A stretch of 64,000 nucleotides of DNA, from assembly GCA_028865725.1 (NCBI GenBank), contig JAGWJP010000001.1, forward strand, positions 294,568 to 358,567, in the 5' to 3' direction. Every line of letters starts with the position of its first letter. Within the stretch, counting starts at the first letter, position 1. Shown here in pieces: positions 8,755 to 18,187 of the stretch. The translations under genes and the position numbers were made by a program. This DNA is from Patescibacteria group bacterium (GTDB lineage: Bacteria; Patescibacteriota; Minisyncoccia; UBA6257; JACRHW01). The notes under the pieces were generated by a model that was not told the origin of the DNA, did not search any database, and saw only the letters and a list, made by a program, of their open reading frames with translations.

Positions 8755-9333
8755 TTAGTGCGTATTATAATGTGTCGCGGAATGAAGTAATTTTTTTAAT
8801 AGTTCTTTTCCGCGTCGCAATCTGATGCCCACCGTCCCTATTGGAATGTGGAGGATGTCTGCAATTTCTTGATAGCGTAGCTCTTCTCCATAAAACAAAA
8901 TGAGTACTTCCCGATAGATTGCAGGAATTGTATTCAGGCCTGACTCCAACATCGCATTCATATGCTGCGCCTCCTCTTTATTTTCCAATTTTTCTTCGTA
9001 GGTGGGGTGAGAAAGGAGTGTGTCAAAATTCATGAAAAGCAAAGGAGTGTGTTGTCGTGTCCGGAGTGCGTTCACAAATGCGTTATGTGCAATGCGGTAG
9101 AGCCACGGAGAAAATCGTTTTGAAGTATCGAAACTTTGGATATTTTGATACGCACGTATAAAAATATCTTGGACGATATCTTCAATGTGGCTGTGTTCTG
9201 CAAGGAATCTTCGGCCATAACGAAGCAGACGATCTTGGTACCTCTTCATTAATACCCCAAATGCCATCTCATTATTTCCTTGCACGCGTGCGACGAGTTC
9301 CTCGTCGGATAAATTCTCCTCAGAAATAGCCAT
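8755..9333 (-). CDS. ECF-type RNA polymerase sigma-70 family factor
   Basis: 192 aa. Region 2 reads DIVQDIFIRAYQNIQSF...WLYRIAHNAFVNALR. Region 4 reads REVLILFYGEELRYQEIADILHIPIGTVGIRLRRGKELL. Confidence 0.8.
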   Translation of the reverse strand: MAISEENLSDEELVARVQGNNEMAFGVLMKRYQDRLLRYGRRFLAEHSHIEDIVQDIFIRAYQNIQSFDTSKRFSPWLYRIAHNAFVNALRTRQHTPLLFMNFDTLLSHPTYEEKLENKEEAQHMNAMLESGLNTIPAIYREVLILFYGEELRYQEIADILHIPIGTVGIRLRRGKELLKKLLHSATHYNTH

Positions 9334-9431
9334 ATCTTTGTTCTTCTCCAGTGTACGTAAATTTATCTTGATTGTATATGTAGGACAACACAGATCGGTG
9401 TGTCCTCTCTGCGTGTATGGTACAATAAAAT

Positions 9432-10817
9432 TTGATATTCCTCATGCCTATCACGCTCCGGTCTCTTTATGTATTTCTCGCTATAATCCTGTGGTGTGGC
9501 GGGTTCTTTTTGAATGTTTCTGTTTTTTCTGCGCACGGACAAGTACTTACCACTGAAGAACGGGCACAGCTTGAGGCTCAACTCGCTGAAGTACAAGCCG
9601 AACAGGCACAGGCACAACATGATTTGAGCATCGCACAGACCAAATCCTCCTCACTCCAGAATGATATTAACGTACTTACGGCAAAGATCAGATCTGAACA
9701 GCTCGATATTCAAGCCAAAAATCTTTTAATTAAAACACTGGGCGATAACATTACCACAAAACAAGGCGAGATTAATACGCTTGATGCCGCCATTGCGCGT
9801 GACAAAGAAGATATCGGTGCGCTATTCCGTGAAGTGCAGCAAACTGACAATATTACCATTCCGGAAGTATTGCTTTCGAGTGGATCATTGTCTGCATTTT
9901 GGGACGATATTATAAAGATTGAGACAGTACAGCAAAGTCTAGGGGTGCTTTCGTTGCAGCTTGCTGTTCACGAAGCTTCAAGTACTGCTGAAAAAAATAC
10001 ACTTGTAGTGAAACAAACCGCTGCTATTGATACGCGCTATGCGATCCAGCAGGAACAAAAAACGGTGCAGGCCAATCAAGCGCAGCAAAAACAACTTCTC
10101 GCTATCAGTAAGAATAATGAACATTCCTACACAGCACTCGTGGAGCAAAAGAAAAAACAGGCTGATGCAATCAAGGCGCGGTTGTTTGCTCTCGCAGGAG
10201 GATCCAATCCTATTCCATTTGGACAAGCGTACTCGTACGCACGTTCTGCACAAAAGGGGACAGGGGTGGATCCCGCATTTCTTCTTGCGATCATGACGCA
10301 GGAATCAAATCTTGGTACCAACCAAGGTACGTGCTATTTGACGGATACGAAAACAGGCGCGGGGGTGAGCGTAAAATCTGGTCGAGCGTTTGATAATGTC
10401 ATGAGTCCCACACGCGATGTGCCCCCGTTTCTTACGATTGCCGCTGCGCTTGATGTAGATCCTCTTCATACGGTCGTGTCGTGTCCTCAGTCGGTAGGAT
10501 GGGGAGGCGCGATGGGGCCGGCGCAATTTATCGCATCGACATGGATGCTCTTGAAGGATCGCGTAGCTTCTGCGCTTGGCTTTTCCGGTATGGCTAATCC
10601 ATGGGATCCGCGTGATGCATTTATGGCGTCGGCCATGTATTTATCTGATTTAGGAGCAAGTTCCGGAGGATATACTGCCTCGCGTAATGCGGCCTGCCGA
10701 TATTATTCAGGTAATGTGTGCAGCAAGTCGTCACTCATTGCAAGCTATGGCGATAGCGTGATGTCGCTTGCGTCCACGATCCAGACCACGGAAATCGATA
10801 AAATTACCGGCATTTAG
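9432..10817 (+). CDS. coiled-coil protein with C-terminal lytic-transglycosylase-like (lysozyme-like) domain
   Basis: 461 aa with an N-terminal TM or signal. About 230 aa are heptad-rich coiled coil (QLEAQLAEVQAEQAQAQHDL...). The C-terminus has FLLAIMTQESNLG, the catalytic-Glu ES motif, and GAMGPAQFIASTW, a GLMQ-like motif. Confidence 0.5.
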   Translation: MIFLMPITLRSLYVFLAIILWCGGFFLNVSVFSAHGQVLTTEERAQLEAQLAEVQAEQAQAQHDLSIAQTKSSSLQNDINVLTAKIRSEQLDIQAKNLLIKTLGDNITTKQGEINTLDAAIARDKEDIGALFREVQQTDNITIPEVLLSSGSLSAFWDDIIKIETVQQSLGVLSLQLAVHEASSTAEKNTLVVKQTAAIDTRYAIQQEQKTVQANQAQQKQLLAISKNNEHSYTALVEQKKKQADAIKARLFALAGGSNPIPFGQAYSYARSAQKGTGVDPAFLLAIMTQESNLGTNQGTCYLTDTKTGAGVSVKSGRAFDNVMSPTRDVPPFLTIAAALDVDPLHTVVSCPQSVGWGGAMGPAQFIASTWMLLKDRVASALGFSGMANPWDPRDAFMASAMYLSDLGASSGGYTASRNAACRYYSGNVCSKSSLIASYGDSVMSLASTIQTTEIDKITGI

Positions 10818-10897
10818 AAATTTGTTTTCCCGCTAAGATTTGGCTCCGTAATAAATATATGCTAGTATAACTCCAGCAATCGAACGGAGGATTCGAG

Positions 10898-11806
10898 ATG
10901 GATTTGACAATTTTAAAATGTGTGGCAGATGGTTGTTTAATGCTAGTGTCAGGAGTATTGCTTACTTCTCTTACTTCGAGAAAGAAAGAGGAAAAAGAAG
11001 AAAAAAAGCAAGACCTCACAGGTTTTATGTTTGGCCTTGCCGTGTCTCAAGCAGGAATGCGCAGTCCGGTAGAGCACGCACTCATCAACGTCTTACAGGA
11101 AGCGGGTGCGGAGTGTATGCTCGCGGGGCGCAATAGTGTGCGCGGTGAAGTGCTCGATAAGGATGTCATTGATGCGCTTGGCATTTCAAATCCACAGTTT
11201 GTGATTGTAGGAACGATTCATGAGAATGAGATATTTCTAGATAATAAAGAAAGACCTAGACGTACTGATTCTTTTTACAAGTGGTGGGTAGGAAGATTTC
11301 CACAGGCTACTGTTGATGATGCGGAAACAGGAGAGGTAGAAGACATAAAGAAATTATTCAGGGACTTATTTCTTTATTACGATTTGACCCACAGAGATTT
11401 GTACCTGCTTTATACGAAAGAAACCGGACAAAGCCCTTACGTCGATAATGCTAAGCGTAGGTATGCGCTGCGAGTCTCGCTTGACTGCTATGCCTCTCAA
11501 GGCACGGTCGTCGGATCGTTCCATAAAGAGTGCGAGTTTTATCATGAAGACCGCGATAAGATGTACCGCCAGATTGCCGAGGAGTTTTGTGCGACGCTTC
11601 GTCTTGCGCATCATGTTGAGGATGCTTGTGCCGCAGAACCGCGGTATCCGCGTTTTAGCGATACAGGCGTGCAGCATTTGCTCGACGGACAAGAACCCAC
11701 TTCTTCTTTTAGTTCTACGCGCCCATTGAACGAGGAGGAGCTTTTGAGCGATGTTCGTGCCGAGGAGGCGGATCATATCAACCCCTTCGAGGCCGATGAT
11801 CCGTGA
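10898..11806 (+). CDS. hypothetical protein
   Basis: 302 aa. GGAGGA lies 7 nt upstream of the start. There is an N-terminal hydrophobic segment, then a Lys/Glu-rich linker. No domain recognised. Confidence 0.4.
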   Translation: MDLTILKCVADGCLMLVSGVLLTSLTSRKKEEKEEKKQDLTGFMFGLAVSQAGMRSPVEHALINVLQEAGAECMLAGRNSVRGEVLDKDVIDALGISNPQFVIVGTIHENEIFLDNKERPRRTDSFYKWWVGRFPQATVDDAETGEVEDIKKLFRDLFLYYDLTHRDLYLLYTKETGQSPYVDNAKRRYALRVSLDCYASQGTVVGSFHKECEFYHEDRDKMYRQIAEEFCATLRLAHHVEDACAAEPRYPRFSDTGVQHLLDGQEPTSSFSSTRPLNEEELLSDVRAEEADHINPFEADDP

Positions 11807-11847
11807 AGAGTGTACTCACGTTCGTAGAATAAAATAATATTAATAAA

Positions 11848-11882
11848 CCGCGCCGACATGAACTCGCGCGGTTTTTTATTAT
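11848..11882 (+). terminator. rho-independent terminator
   Basis: ACCGCGCCGACATGAACTCGCGCGGT hairpin followed by TTTTTT. Confidence 0.5.
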
Positions 11883-11952
11883 GGAACAGTGTGGTAGAGT
11901 GGATGGGGAGATCTGCGTTCCCCGTGTATTGCATCAATTTTTAATGAAGTAA

Positions 11953-12531
11953 ATGAAAAATATGATTACCATTGGACACCCTATCGAAGATTTTGAAGTA
12001 AAGGCATATGATCCGCGTAAGGATCGTTTTGTAACAGTGAAGTCTGAGGAATATCGTGGAAGGTGGGTGCTGCTCGTGTTTTATCCGGCTGATTTCACGT
12101 TTGTTTGTCCCACGGAGCTTGAGGATTTAGCGGATCATTATGATGCGTTCAACGCACTCGGAGCAGAGGTCATGAGTATCTCGACCGATACTGAGTTCGT
12201 GCACAAGGCATGGCATGATCACTCAGAAGCAATTAAAAAAGTGCCGTTTCTTATGCTTGCAGACCCAACCGGAAATGTGTGTCGTGAATTCGGAGTGTAT
12301 CTTGATCAAGAGGGACTTGCGTTACGCGGAACGTTTGTGATTGACCCCGATGGAGTATTAAAAACAATTGAGATTCACGATAATGCTATAGGGCGAAGCG
12401 CGAAAGAATTGTTGCGCAAGCTTCAGGCGGCAAAATTTGTTCGCGAACACAAGGGCAATGTGTGTCCCGCAAGTTGGGAGCCGGAAGGGAAAACACTTGA
12501 GCCCGGCATTGATCTGGTGGGGAAGATCTAA
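11953..12531 (+). CDS. typical 2-Cys peroxiredoxin (AhpC/TSA family)
   Basis: 192 aa. The peroxidatic Cys lies in FTFVCPTEL and the resolving Cys in GNVCPASW. Confidence 0.8.
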   Translation: MKNMITIGHPIEDFEVKAYDPRKDRFVTVKSEEYRGRWVLLVFYPADFTFVCPTELEDLADHYDAFNALGAEVMSISTDTEFVHKAWHDHSEAIKKVPFLMLADPTGNVCREFGVYLDQEGLALRGTFVIDPDGVLKTIEIHDNAIGRSAKELLRKLQAAKFVREHKGNVCPASWEPEGKTLEPGIDLVGKI

Positions 12532-12545
12532 GGAGACTTCCGTTC

Positions 12546-14069
12546 CTATGATTCGATAAACACCTCTTCGTGTGGAGAGGTGTTTTTAGGCACGCGAATA
12601 AACAATGCGCTTACTGCCCCTATGCCAAGAAGCACTGATGCGATAGCAAATACATCTCCGTACGAGGCTACTTGAGCTTTCAGTATCATGAGTCCTATCG
12701 CTCGACGATAATCGAGCGCATTGGTGAGATGAATCGTGCTCCACATAGAGATGCGCAGTAATCGTGCTTCTGTGGTGTGTTGTAAGATGGTTCCGAATAT
12801 TGCGATGCCAAATGCACCGGCAATATTGCGTGCCAGTGCAAGGATCGATGAGGCGACACCGATTTCGTGTTGAGGAACTACGGATGCAATGATATTCGTG
12901 CGCTGCGGCATACCAAAACCAAGCCCGAATGCCATAATGGATAAGGGGATAATAATATCAAGCGGACCGGAGCGTGGATCGAGTCGGGAGAACAAAGAAA
13001 TACCAAGCGCGGCTACGAGCGTACTCGCCGCAATTACGTAACGCGGTTCTACTTTTCCTGTAAGATTTCCTCCGATAGGTGCGGCGATGAGCATCATAAA
13101 TGCCATTGGCATGAAGAGGTATCCGGATTGCGTGGCGTCGTATCCCAGAAATGTTTGCACAAAAATCGGAATCAGGAATATGCCGCCCATCATTCCCATA
13201 AAAATAATGATATTGTTGTTCAGCGTGTGTACGAATGCCGGTATTCTAAAGAATTTGAAATCGATAATGGGATCCGGGTGATGCCGTTCTATGGCCACAA
13301 ATACAGCCATAAATACAAGGACGGTACTATAAGCAATTATGCTGTTTGTGGAAAGCCAGCCCCATTCGAGACCTTTGTCGAGCACAAGGACAAGAGCAGA
13401 AAGCGCGCTTCCGAGTGTCAGTGCTCCCCACCAATCGAACACACTCGTTTTCTTTTCCGATGTTGATTCCTTAATAAATGAAAGCGCCATCAAAAGCCCG
13501 ACAATTCCGACTGGTAAGTTGACAAGAAATACCGACCGCCACCCAAACGTATCGATAAGCGGTCCCCCCACAAGCGGTCCAAAGACTGTTGCTGCTGCAA
13601 AGGATGCGGACCAGATTCCAAGAGCTTGCGCACGTTCTTTTCCTTCGCGAAACGTGATCGCAAGAATGGCCATAGCCGTAGGGTAATCCGCGGATCCTGC
13701 AATGGCTTGAATAATGCGAAACGCGATCATGGAAGTAAGGTTCCACGAGAGTCCGGCAAGGATGGATCCTATAATAAATACGACAAACCCAATAATATAT
13801 ACTTTTTTCCTTCCGATTGTATCACCTAGTTTTCCCCATACGGGTACAAAAATTGCGTTGGCAAGAATATACGCGGTGGCAATCCATCCTGCCGCCGAAA
13901 CCGTAATGCCAAAATCGTTAATAATTTTAGGAAGCGCGAGATTGACAATAGTTTGATCAAGTCTCCCCAAAAACGTCCCCACCATTACCGTGAGAAGAAC
14001 GAGCCACCGCGTAGAGGAGGATCCAGCGGGGACAGGGTGCTCGTGCGGAGATGCTATGGGGAGATCCAT
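12546..14069 (-). CDS. MFS drug:H+ antiporter, DHA2 (EmrB/QacA) family, 14-TM type
   Basis: 507 aa. The MFS motifs GRLDQTIVNLALP and GKLGDTIGRKKV are present, and the length and TM count fit DHA2. It overlaps the upstream adaptor gene by 16 nt. Confidence 0.75.
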   Translation of the reverse strand: MDLPIASPHEHPVPAGSSSTRWLVLLTVMVGTFLGRLDQTIVNLALPKIINDFGITVSAAGWIATAYILANAIFVPVWGKLGDTIGRKKVYIIGFVVFIIGSILAGLSWNLTSMIAFRIIQAIAGSADYPTAMAILAITFREGKERAQALGIWSASFAAATVFGPLVGGPLIDTFGWRSVFLVNLPVGIVGLLMALSFIKESTSEKKTSVFDWWGALTLGSALSALVLVLDKGLEWGWLSTNSIIAYSTVLVFMAVFVAIERHHPDPIIDFKFFRIPAFVHTLNNNIIIFMGMMGGIFLIPIFVQTFLGYDATQSGYLFMPMAFMMLIAAPIGGNLTGKVEPRYVIAASTLVAALGISLFSRLDPRSGPLDIIIPLSIMAFGLGFGMPQRTNIIASVVPQHEIGVASSILALARNIAGAFGIAIFGTILQHTTEARLLRISMWSTIHLTNALDYRRAIGLMILKAQVASYGDVFAIASVLLGIGAVSALFIRVPKNTSPHEEVFIES

Positions 14070-14722
14070 ATTTTTGCTGACATTCCATTCTTTAATTCCG
14101 GATACGCATGCGTGTCAAATCGTATTTTGACGTCGAATTGCTTTACCTCGCGCTTATCCGAAATATTAAAGACAATGTCTCCTTGCCGGGAGGAAGGGCT
14201 GATCTCATCTACGATTCCTTCATAGCGTTTTGATCCGAATGCATCCACGGTAAAAGTGGCGCGTGCACCGATACGTATATGTGAAATGCCCTTGTCTTCA
14301 TCGATGTGTCCCACGACTCGCAATGCGTGAGGATCAAACATACTGACGACAGTTTCTCCGCGATTGAATAACTTACCCGTGTTGACATTGACAGATGAAA
14401 CGATGCCGGTAATAGTCGTCTGAAGGAGTTCGTTGCCAACTTGTGCGACAATGGTATTTGCATCAATGACATCTCCTTCGTGAACGTAAATATTTTGCAA
14501 GATACCTTGATTTTGAGGTGCAAGCTCAATAAGGGGTGCTTCGATGTCTGCATTGTCTGTGTAGATTACCCCATGAGTGATACTCAGATATGCAAACGCA
14601 CACGCGCTTCCCAAGAAAAGAAGAGAGATGAGTATGGTAAGAACCCATGCATTTTTCGAGAGGCGTTTCAAAGGGTGTTCATAATGAGGAGGAGTGATGG
14701 TGTGTTCTTCTTGTGGTAACAT
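14054..14722 (-). CDS. short HlyD-family membrane-fusion (periplasmic adaptor) protein
   Basis: 222 aa with an N-terminal TM, a biotin/lipoyl-like domain and a beta-barrel region. It lacks a long coiled-coil hairpin. Confidence 0.55.
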   Translation of the reverse strand: MLPQEEHTITPPHYEHPLKRLSKNAWVLTILISLLFLGSACAFAYLSITHGVIYTDNADIEAPLIELAPQNQGILQNIYVHEGDVIDANTIVAQVGNELLQTTITGIVSSVNVNTGKLFNRGETVVSMFDPHALRVVGHIDEDKGISHIRIGARATFTVDAFGSKRYEGIVDEISPSSRQGDIVFNISDKREVKQFDVKIRFDTHAYPELKNGMSAKIWISP

Positions 14723-14754
14723 AGTGCGATAAAATCGTTGTGTTCGTGTAGTAT

Positions 14755-16281
14755 TTATTGTGATAGACCGAACGTGGCGATGTGCGTATCTGGTTGGAGT
14801 CCTGCTGTGATTTCTGTAAATCCGTTTGCCCCGGTAATGCCTGTCGCGACAGTTTGTTCTTTCACCGTTCCTTTGCTTAACTGCACAAGAACGACCGTGT
14901 TGTCTCTGCGTTGTATGATCGCGCTTGCGGGTACTCCCAACACATTATCATGTGTGGCAGTGATGATGCGCGCATGTGCATGCATCCCGGCTTTTATGCG
15001 ACTATCGTTATCGTTGAACTGAAGGATAACTTTATAGGTGTGTGTTCCCGCAACAAGAGTGGACGCAGGATCGATATGGATTACCGATGCCTTAAAGTCA
15101 TCATGTATTCCATAAGCATCAAGCGATACATATGCTGTTTGTCCTTGTTGCAGTTTTGCAATATCCGTTTCCGGAACAAATAATTCTACTTGATATTGAG
15201 TACTAGAGATGACAGATACTAAAGGCGTATTCGGTGTTGCGAGCGCTCCCACCTGTGCGTCTTGTGTACTGACAATACCCGTGAGAGGAGAGCGCAGTGT
15301 CATGGTGTTGAGTTCCGCATTGACAAGATCCAGATTAGCTTTTGCAAGATCATACTGTGCCCGTTGTGCCTCGATTTGCTTTGCAGTTGCTCCTGCTTTT
15401 AGGGAAATTACGTTGTGTTGTGCTTCTGCAAGCATCTTCTGTGCCAAAGTGACCGCCTGCTCTGCAGAAGAAACATTAGTAAGAGCAGTGTCGATTGCCG
15501 TACGTGCTCCGAAGATAGCCAATTTATACGCGTCGATAGTAGATTGGGGCATTTCTTTTGTGGGGAGCAAGTAATTGACTGCCCGCGCTTCATTTGTGAG
15601 GAACGATGATATTTGTTGGAGGTTATTGGTTACGAACGTTGTTTCCGGAGATGGGGAGTGATCCCATGCGGTTAACATTGTTTCAATCCCCACACGCGCG
15701 AGTTGAATATCAATCGTAAGCTGTTCATCAGGAATGAAAATAAACTGGGGAGACGATGAACGCGGATTTGAAAAGAGTTGATCGCTTTTGTTTCGTATCG
15801 CATCATCCGCTGCGGTATAGGCATCGTGGAGAGTATTCGAGAGCGTATCCTGCGCATTGGTGAGTGTGGTGAGCGCAGTAGAGACTTTTAAGTTGTCAGC
15901 TTGAATATCTTCTGGACGCGCCCCCCCGATTAATTCTTCTAATTTGGCGTGTTGCGTATCCATCGCCGCTTGTGCTGCCGCCTGTTCGGCGCTTAATTCT
16001 GATATATCAAGTGCAATGAGAGGCATCCCTGCATGTACTTCATCTCCAGCTTGTGCATACACTGCGCGAATAGTTCCGCCGCGTTCAAATGCGAGATTGA
16101 CTACTTCCGCAGCCTGCACGGTGCCGTCCGCATGCACCTCTTCTTGAATCGTCATGGGGGTCACGGTTGTAAAAGTGAATGCACTCTGTGTCGCATATCC
16201 CCACATTGCGTATGATATGACTCCTATGCTTACAAGTGCGGCACCGATAATAATGGCTATATGATGGCGTAGAAAACTCAT
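14755..16281 (-). CDS. long HlyD-family periplasmic adaptor subunit
   Basis: 508 aa with an N-terminal TM, a lipoyl-like domain, an extended alpha-helical hairpin and C-terminal beta-barrel/MPD domains. Its stop overlaps the MarR gene by 4 nt. Confidence 0.6.
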   Translation of the reverse strand: MSFLRHHIAIIIGAALVSIGVISYAMWGYATQSAFTFTTVTPMTIQEEVHADGTVQAAEVVNLAFERGGTIRAVYAQAGDEVHAGMPLIALDISELSAEQAAAQAAMDTQHAKLEELIGGARPEDIQADNLKVSTALTTLTNAQDTLSNTLHDAYTAADDAIRNKSDQLFSNPRSSSPQFIFIPDEQLTIDIQLARVGIETMLTAWDHSPSPETTFVTNNLQQISSFLTNEARAVNYLLPTKEMPQSTIDAYKLAIFGARTAIDTALTNVSSAEQAVTLAQKMLAEAQHNVISLKAGATAKQIEAQRAQYDLAKANLDLVNAELNTMTLRSPLTGIVSTQDAQVGALATPNTPLVSVISSTQYQVELFVPETDIAKLQQGQTAYVSLDAYGIHDDFKASVIHIDPASTLVAGTHTYKVILQFNDNDSRIKAGMHAHARIITATHDNVLGVPASAIIQRRDNTVVLVQLSKGTVKEQTVATGITGANGFTEITAGLQPDTHIATFGLSQ

Positions 16282-16703
16282 AGTGATGGAGACGTGGGCA
16301 TTATTTTGGAAAGAATCGTCGTGAGTTGTTGTTTTTCTTCTTGGGTAAGATGTGAAATCAGCGCATGAATTCGCGAGGTAATCTTTTTTCGTTTTTCTTT
16401 CAGTTTGTTTTTTCCTTGCGCGGTGAGAGATAAATGGATAATCCTGCGATCGTGTGTATCATGTATTTTTTTGAGAGCTCCTGCAGCGATCATGCGGTGA
16501 ATAAGCACGGTGGTAGAAGGTGGGGTGATGGAGAGATGATGCGCCACCTCTTTCATGGTTGGGTTGTGTTGCCGAGCGACAAAACAAAGGATTTTAAATT
16601 GCGCAATGGAAAAACGATCTATTTTTCCATGTCGCGTAGTGTGCTCGCGCAGTGTCCGGAGCGCTGTGATAATGAGATTAATAAGTGTTTCATCCTGGTG
16701 CAT
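16278..16703 (-). CDS. MarR-family transcriptional regulator
   Basis: The winged-HTH motif is FSIAQFKILCFVARQHNPTMKEVAHHLSITPPSTTVLIHRMIAAGALKK...DRRIIHLSLTAQG. The ORF track extends to 16760; the start at Met 16703 (MHQDE...) is preferred because it leaves the inverted repeat intergenic. Confidence 0.65.
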   Translation of the reverse strand: MHQDETLINLIITALRTLREHTTRHGKIDRFSIAQFKILCFVARQHNPTMKEVAHHLSITPPSTTVLIHRMIAAGALKKIHDTHDRRIIHLSLTAQGKNKLKEKRKKITSRIHALISHLTQEEKQQLTTILSKIMPTSPSL

Positions 16704-16750
16704 AATACCTAAATTATTAGGTAACCTAACTTTATATGCCGGTATGATAA

Positions 16751-16789
16751 TTGTCAACAACTCCAGGCCAAAGCTCAGAGTTGTTGACA
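16751..16789. promoter_or_regulatory. 13-bp inverted repeat, candidate MarR operator
   Basis: TTGTCAACAACTC-N14-GAGTTGTTGACA lies in the short divergent region between the marR-efflux operon and the + strand ORF. Confidence 0.45.
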
Positions 16790-16840
16790 GTAGTGCTTAC
16801 TTCAGGTTCTGCGACGGAGGAAGAAAAACGCCAGGCAAAA

Positions 16841-17149
16841 ATGTTGTATCAGGATATTGTGTTTATCGGATTTTCTTGGCAGCGAAATGGGCGTGTTGAT
16901 GAAATTGCCCGCCAAGAAGATGAAGAGGTGCGTGAACGAATGGATGAAAAAGAAAGTTTTGTGATGACAAAAAAAGAATATCAGGAGATGATTGATCGCC
17001 TTGTTGAACAAATGCATCTTTCCGCACAGTCGGAAGAATATTACCGTCTGGCTATGATTAAAGATAGAATTGCGGAATTAAGAGCGGAGATGGAACATCC
17101 ACGGCATATTCGTCAAGAAAACGGAGAAGAGGATTGGAATAATGAATGA
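16841..17149 (+). CDS. hypothetical acidic protein
   Basis: The track ORF 16751..17149 starts on TTG inside the inverted repeat. The ATG at 16841 (MLYQDIV...) is preferred. The protein is Glu/Arg-rich and helical, with no domain recognised. Confidence 0.3.
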   Translation: MLYQDIVFIGFSWQRNGRVDEIARQEDEEVRERMDEKESFVMTKKEYQEMIDRLVEQMHLSAQSEEYYRLAMIKDRIAELRAEMEHPRHIRQENGEEDWNNE

Positions 17150-17331
17150 CGAAAAACATAGATTTCCTTCCCCGACTGATAAAATATGACCTAGTTTAAT
17201 AGGAGATGCTGCGGCGGTTGTAGTGGTAATGGCTGCTGACCCAATTGAGTTGCTTTGTAATGTTTGGTGTCTTGTGAGAAGGTCTCGTACTGCGATGAAA
17301 TGGATCCTGATGCGAGGAGCCTCTACCATAC

Positions 17332-18114
17332 TTGGGTAATCTATGGTATAGGCAATATATGAAATATTATCGTATTGGGATCTTGGCGGTGATGATGGGA
17401 GCGTTCGCCATGCCTGCTTGTGCGGCAAGCACATCGTTCACGCTTACTCCCTCTATGCTTCAGGTGGCGCGAGGCGAGAAGTTTACTATGGCGCTCGCCG
17501 TGAACCCTCAAGGAGAGAGGAATTATACGGTGCGAACTACGTTGTCATATCCTCCCGATTTGCTTCAGGTGAGTTCGTTTTATTTTGCAGGATCATGGAT
17601 GCCGCTCAATGAGCCTTCTTATGATGCGATTGATAACACGCGCGGCGTGCTCATAAAAACTGCGGGATATCCCCATGGATTTTCTGATCCCACTCTCTTT
17701 GGCACAGCTACATTCGACGCAAGAAAAGCGGGCATCGCGACGATACGCATGGCGTCGGGCACGATAGCGCTTGACGTTATGAATCAGAATAGCATTGCCG
17801 CTCCGTTGCCGAGCGTTGCTCTCGTGATCACAGACTTGCCGCAGGTATCCGCGGCGCAAGAGGCTCTTGCAGTGAAGGCGAATCCTACTACACCTATCTC
17901 AGGATCTTCCTTATCTCCCTTCGTTCAACGATCTTCTTCCACGGTTTCCTCTTCCTCTGTTTTCTCTTCCGCATCTTCTTCAGCTCTTTTTGCACATATT
18001 GGAAGCGCGGCAACCCTGCCAGTGAGTTCGTCGTGGCGTATTGTGCTTTTCTTTTTGTTTTTATTCGTTCTTTTTAGTGCGTTTCGTTCTACCCGTCGTT
18101 CATCATCCTCTTGA
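17332..18114 (+). CDS. exported protein with Ser-rich region and C-terminal hydrophobic anchor
   Basis: 260 aa with a signal peptide (ILAVMMGAFAMPACAAS). It has a beta-rich central domain, a poly-Ser tract (SSSTVSSSSVFSSASSS) and a C-terminal TM (IVLFFLFLFVLFSAF). Confidence 0.45.
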   Translation: MGNLWYRQYMKYYRIGILAVMMGAFAMPACAASTSFTLTPSMLQVARGEKFTMALAVNPQGERNYTVRTTLSYPPDLLQVSSFYFAGSWMPLNEPSYDAIDNTRGVLIKTAGYPHGFSDPTLFGTATFDARKAGIATIRMASGTIALDVMNQNSIAAPLPSVALVITDLPQVSAAQEALAVKANPTTPISGSSLSPFVQRSSSTVSSSSVFSSASSSALFAHIGSAATLPVSSSWRIVLFFLFLFVLFSAFRSTRRSSSS

Positions 18115-18187
18115 ACGCGGTTATTGATTAGAATACCTGCCTGTGCTATTTTTACTGTGAGTTCGTTGACAATCATTTTGAGAGGAG

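Noticed and set aside
16555-16899. 114-aa plus-strand ORF overlapping marR
   Set aside because: It is antisense to the MarR winged-helix region.
17078-17434. 118-aa minus-strand ORF spanning the intergenic region and the start of the exported-protein gene
   Set aside because: It runs antisense across a promoter region and into a plus-strand gene. It was also checked as a possible ncRNA, but no convincing structure was seen.
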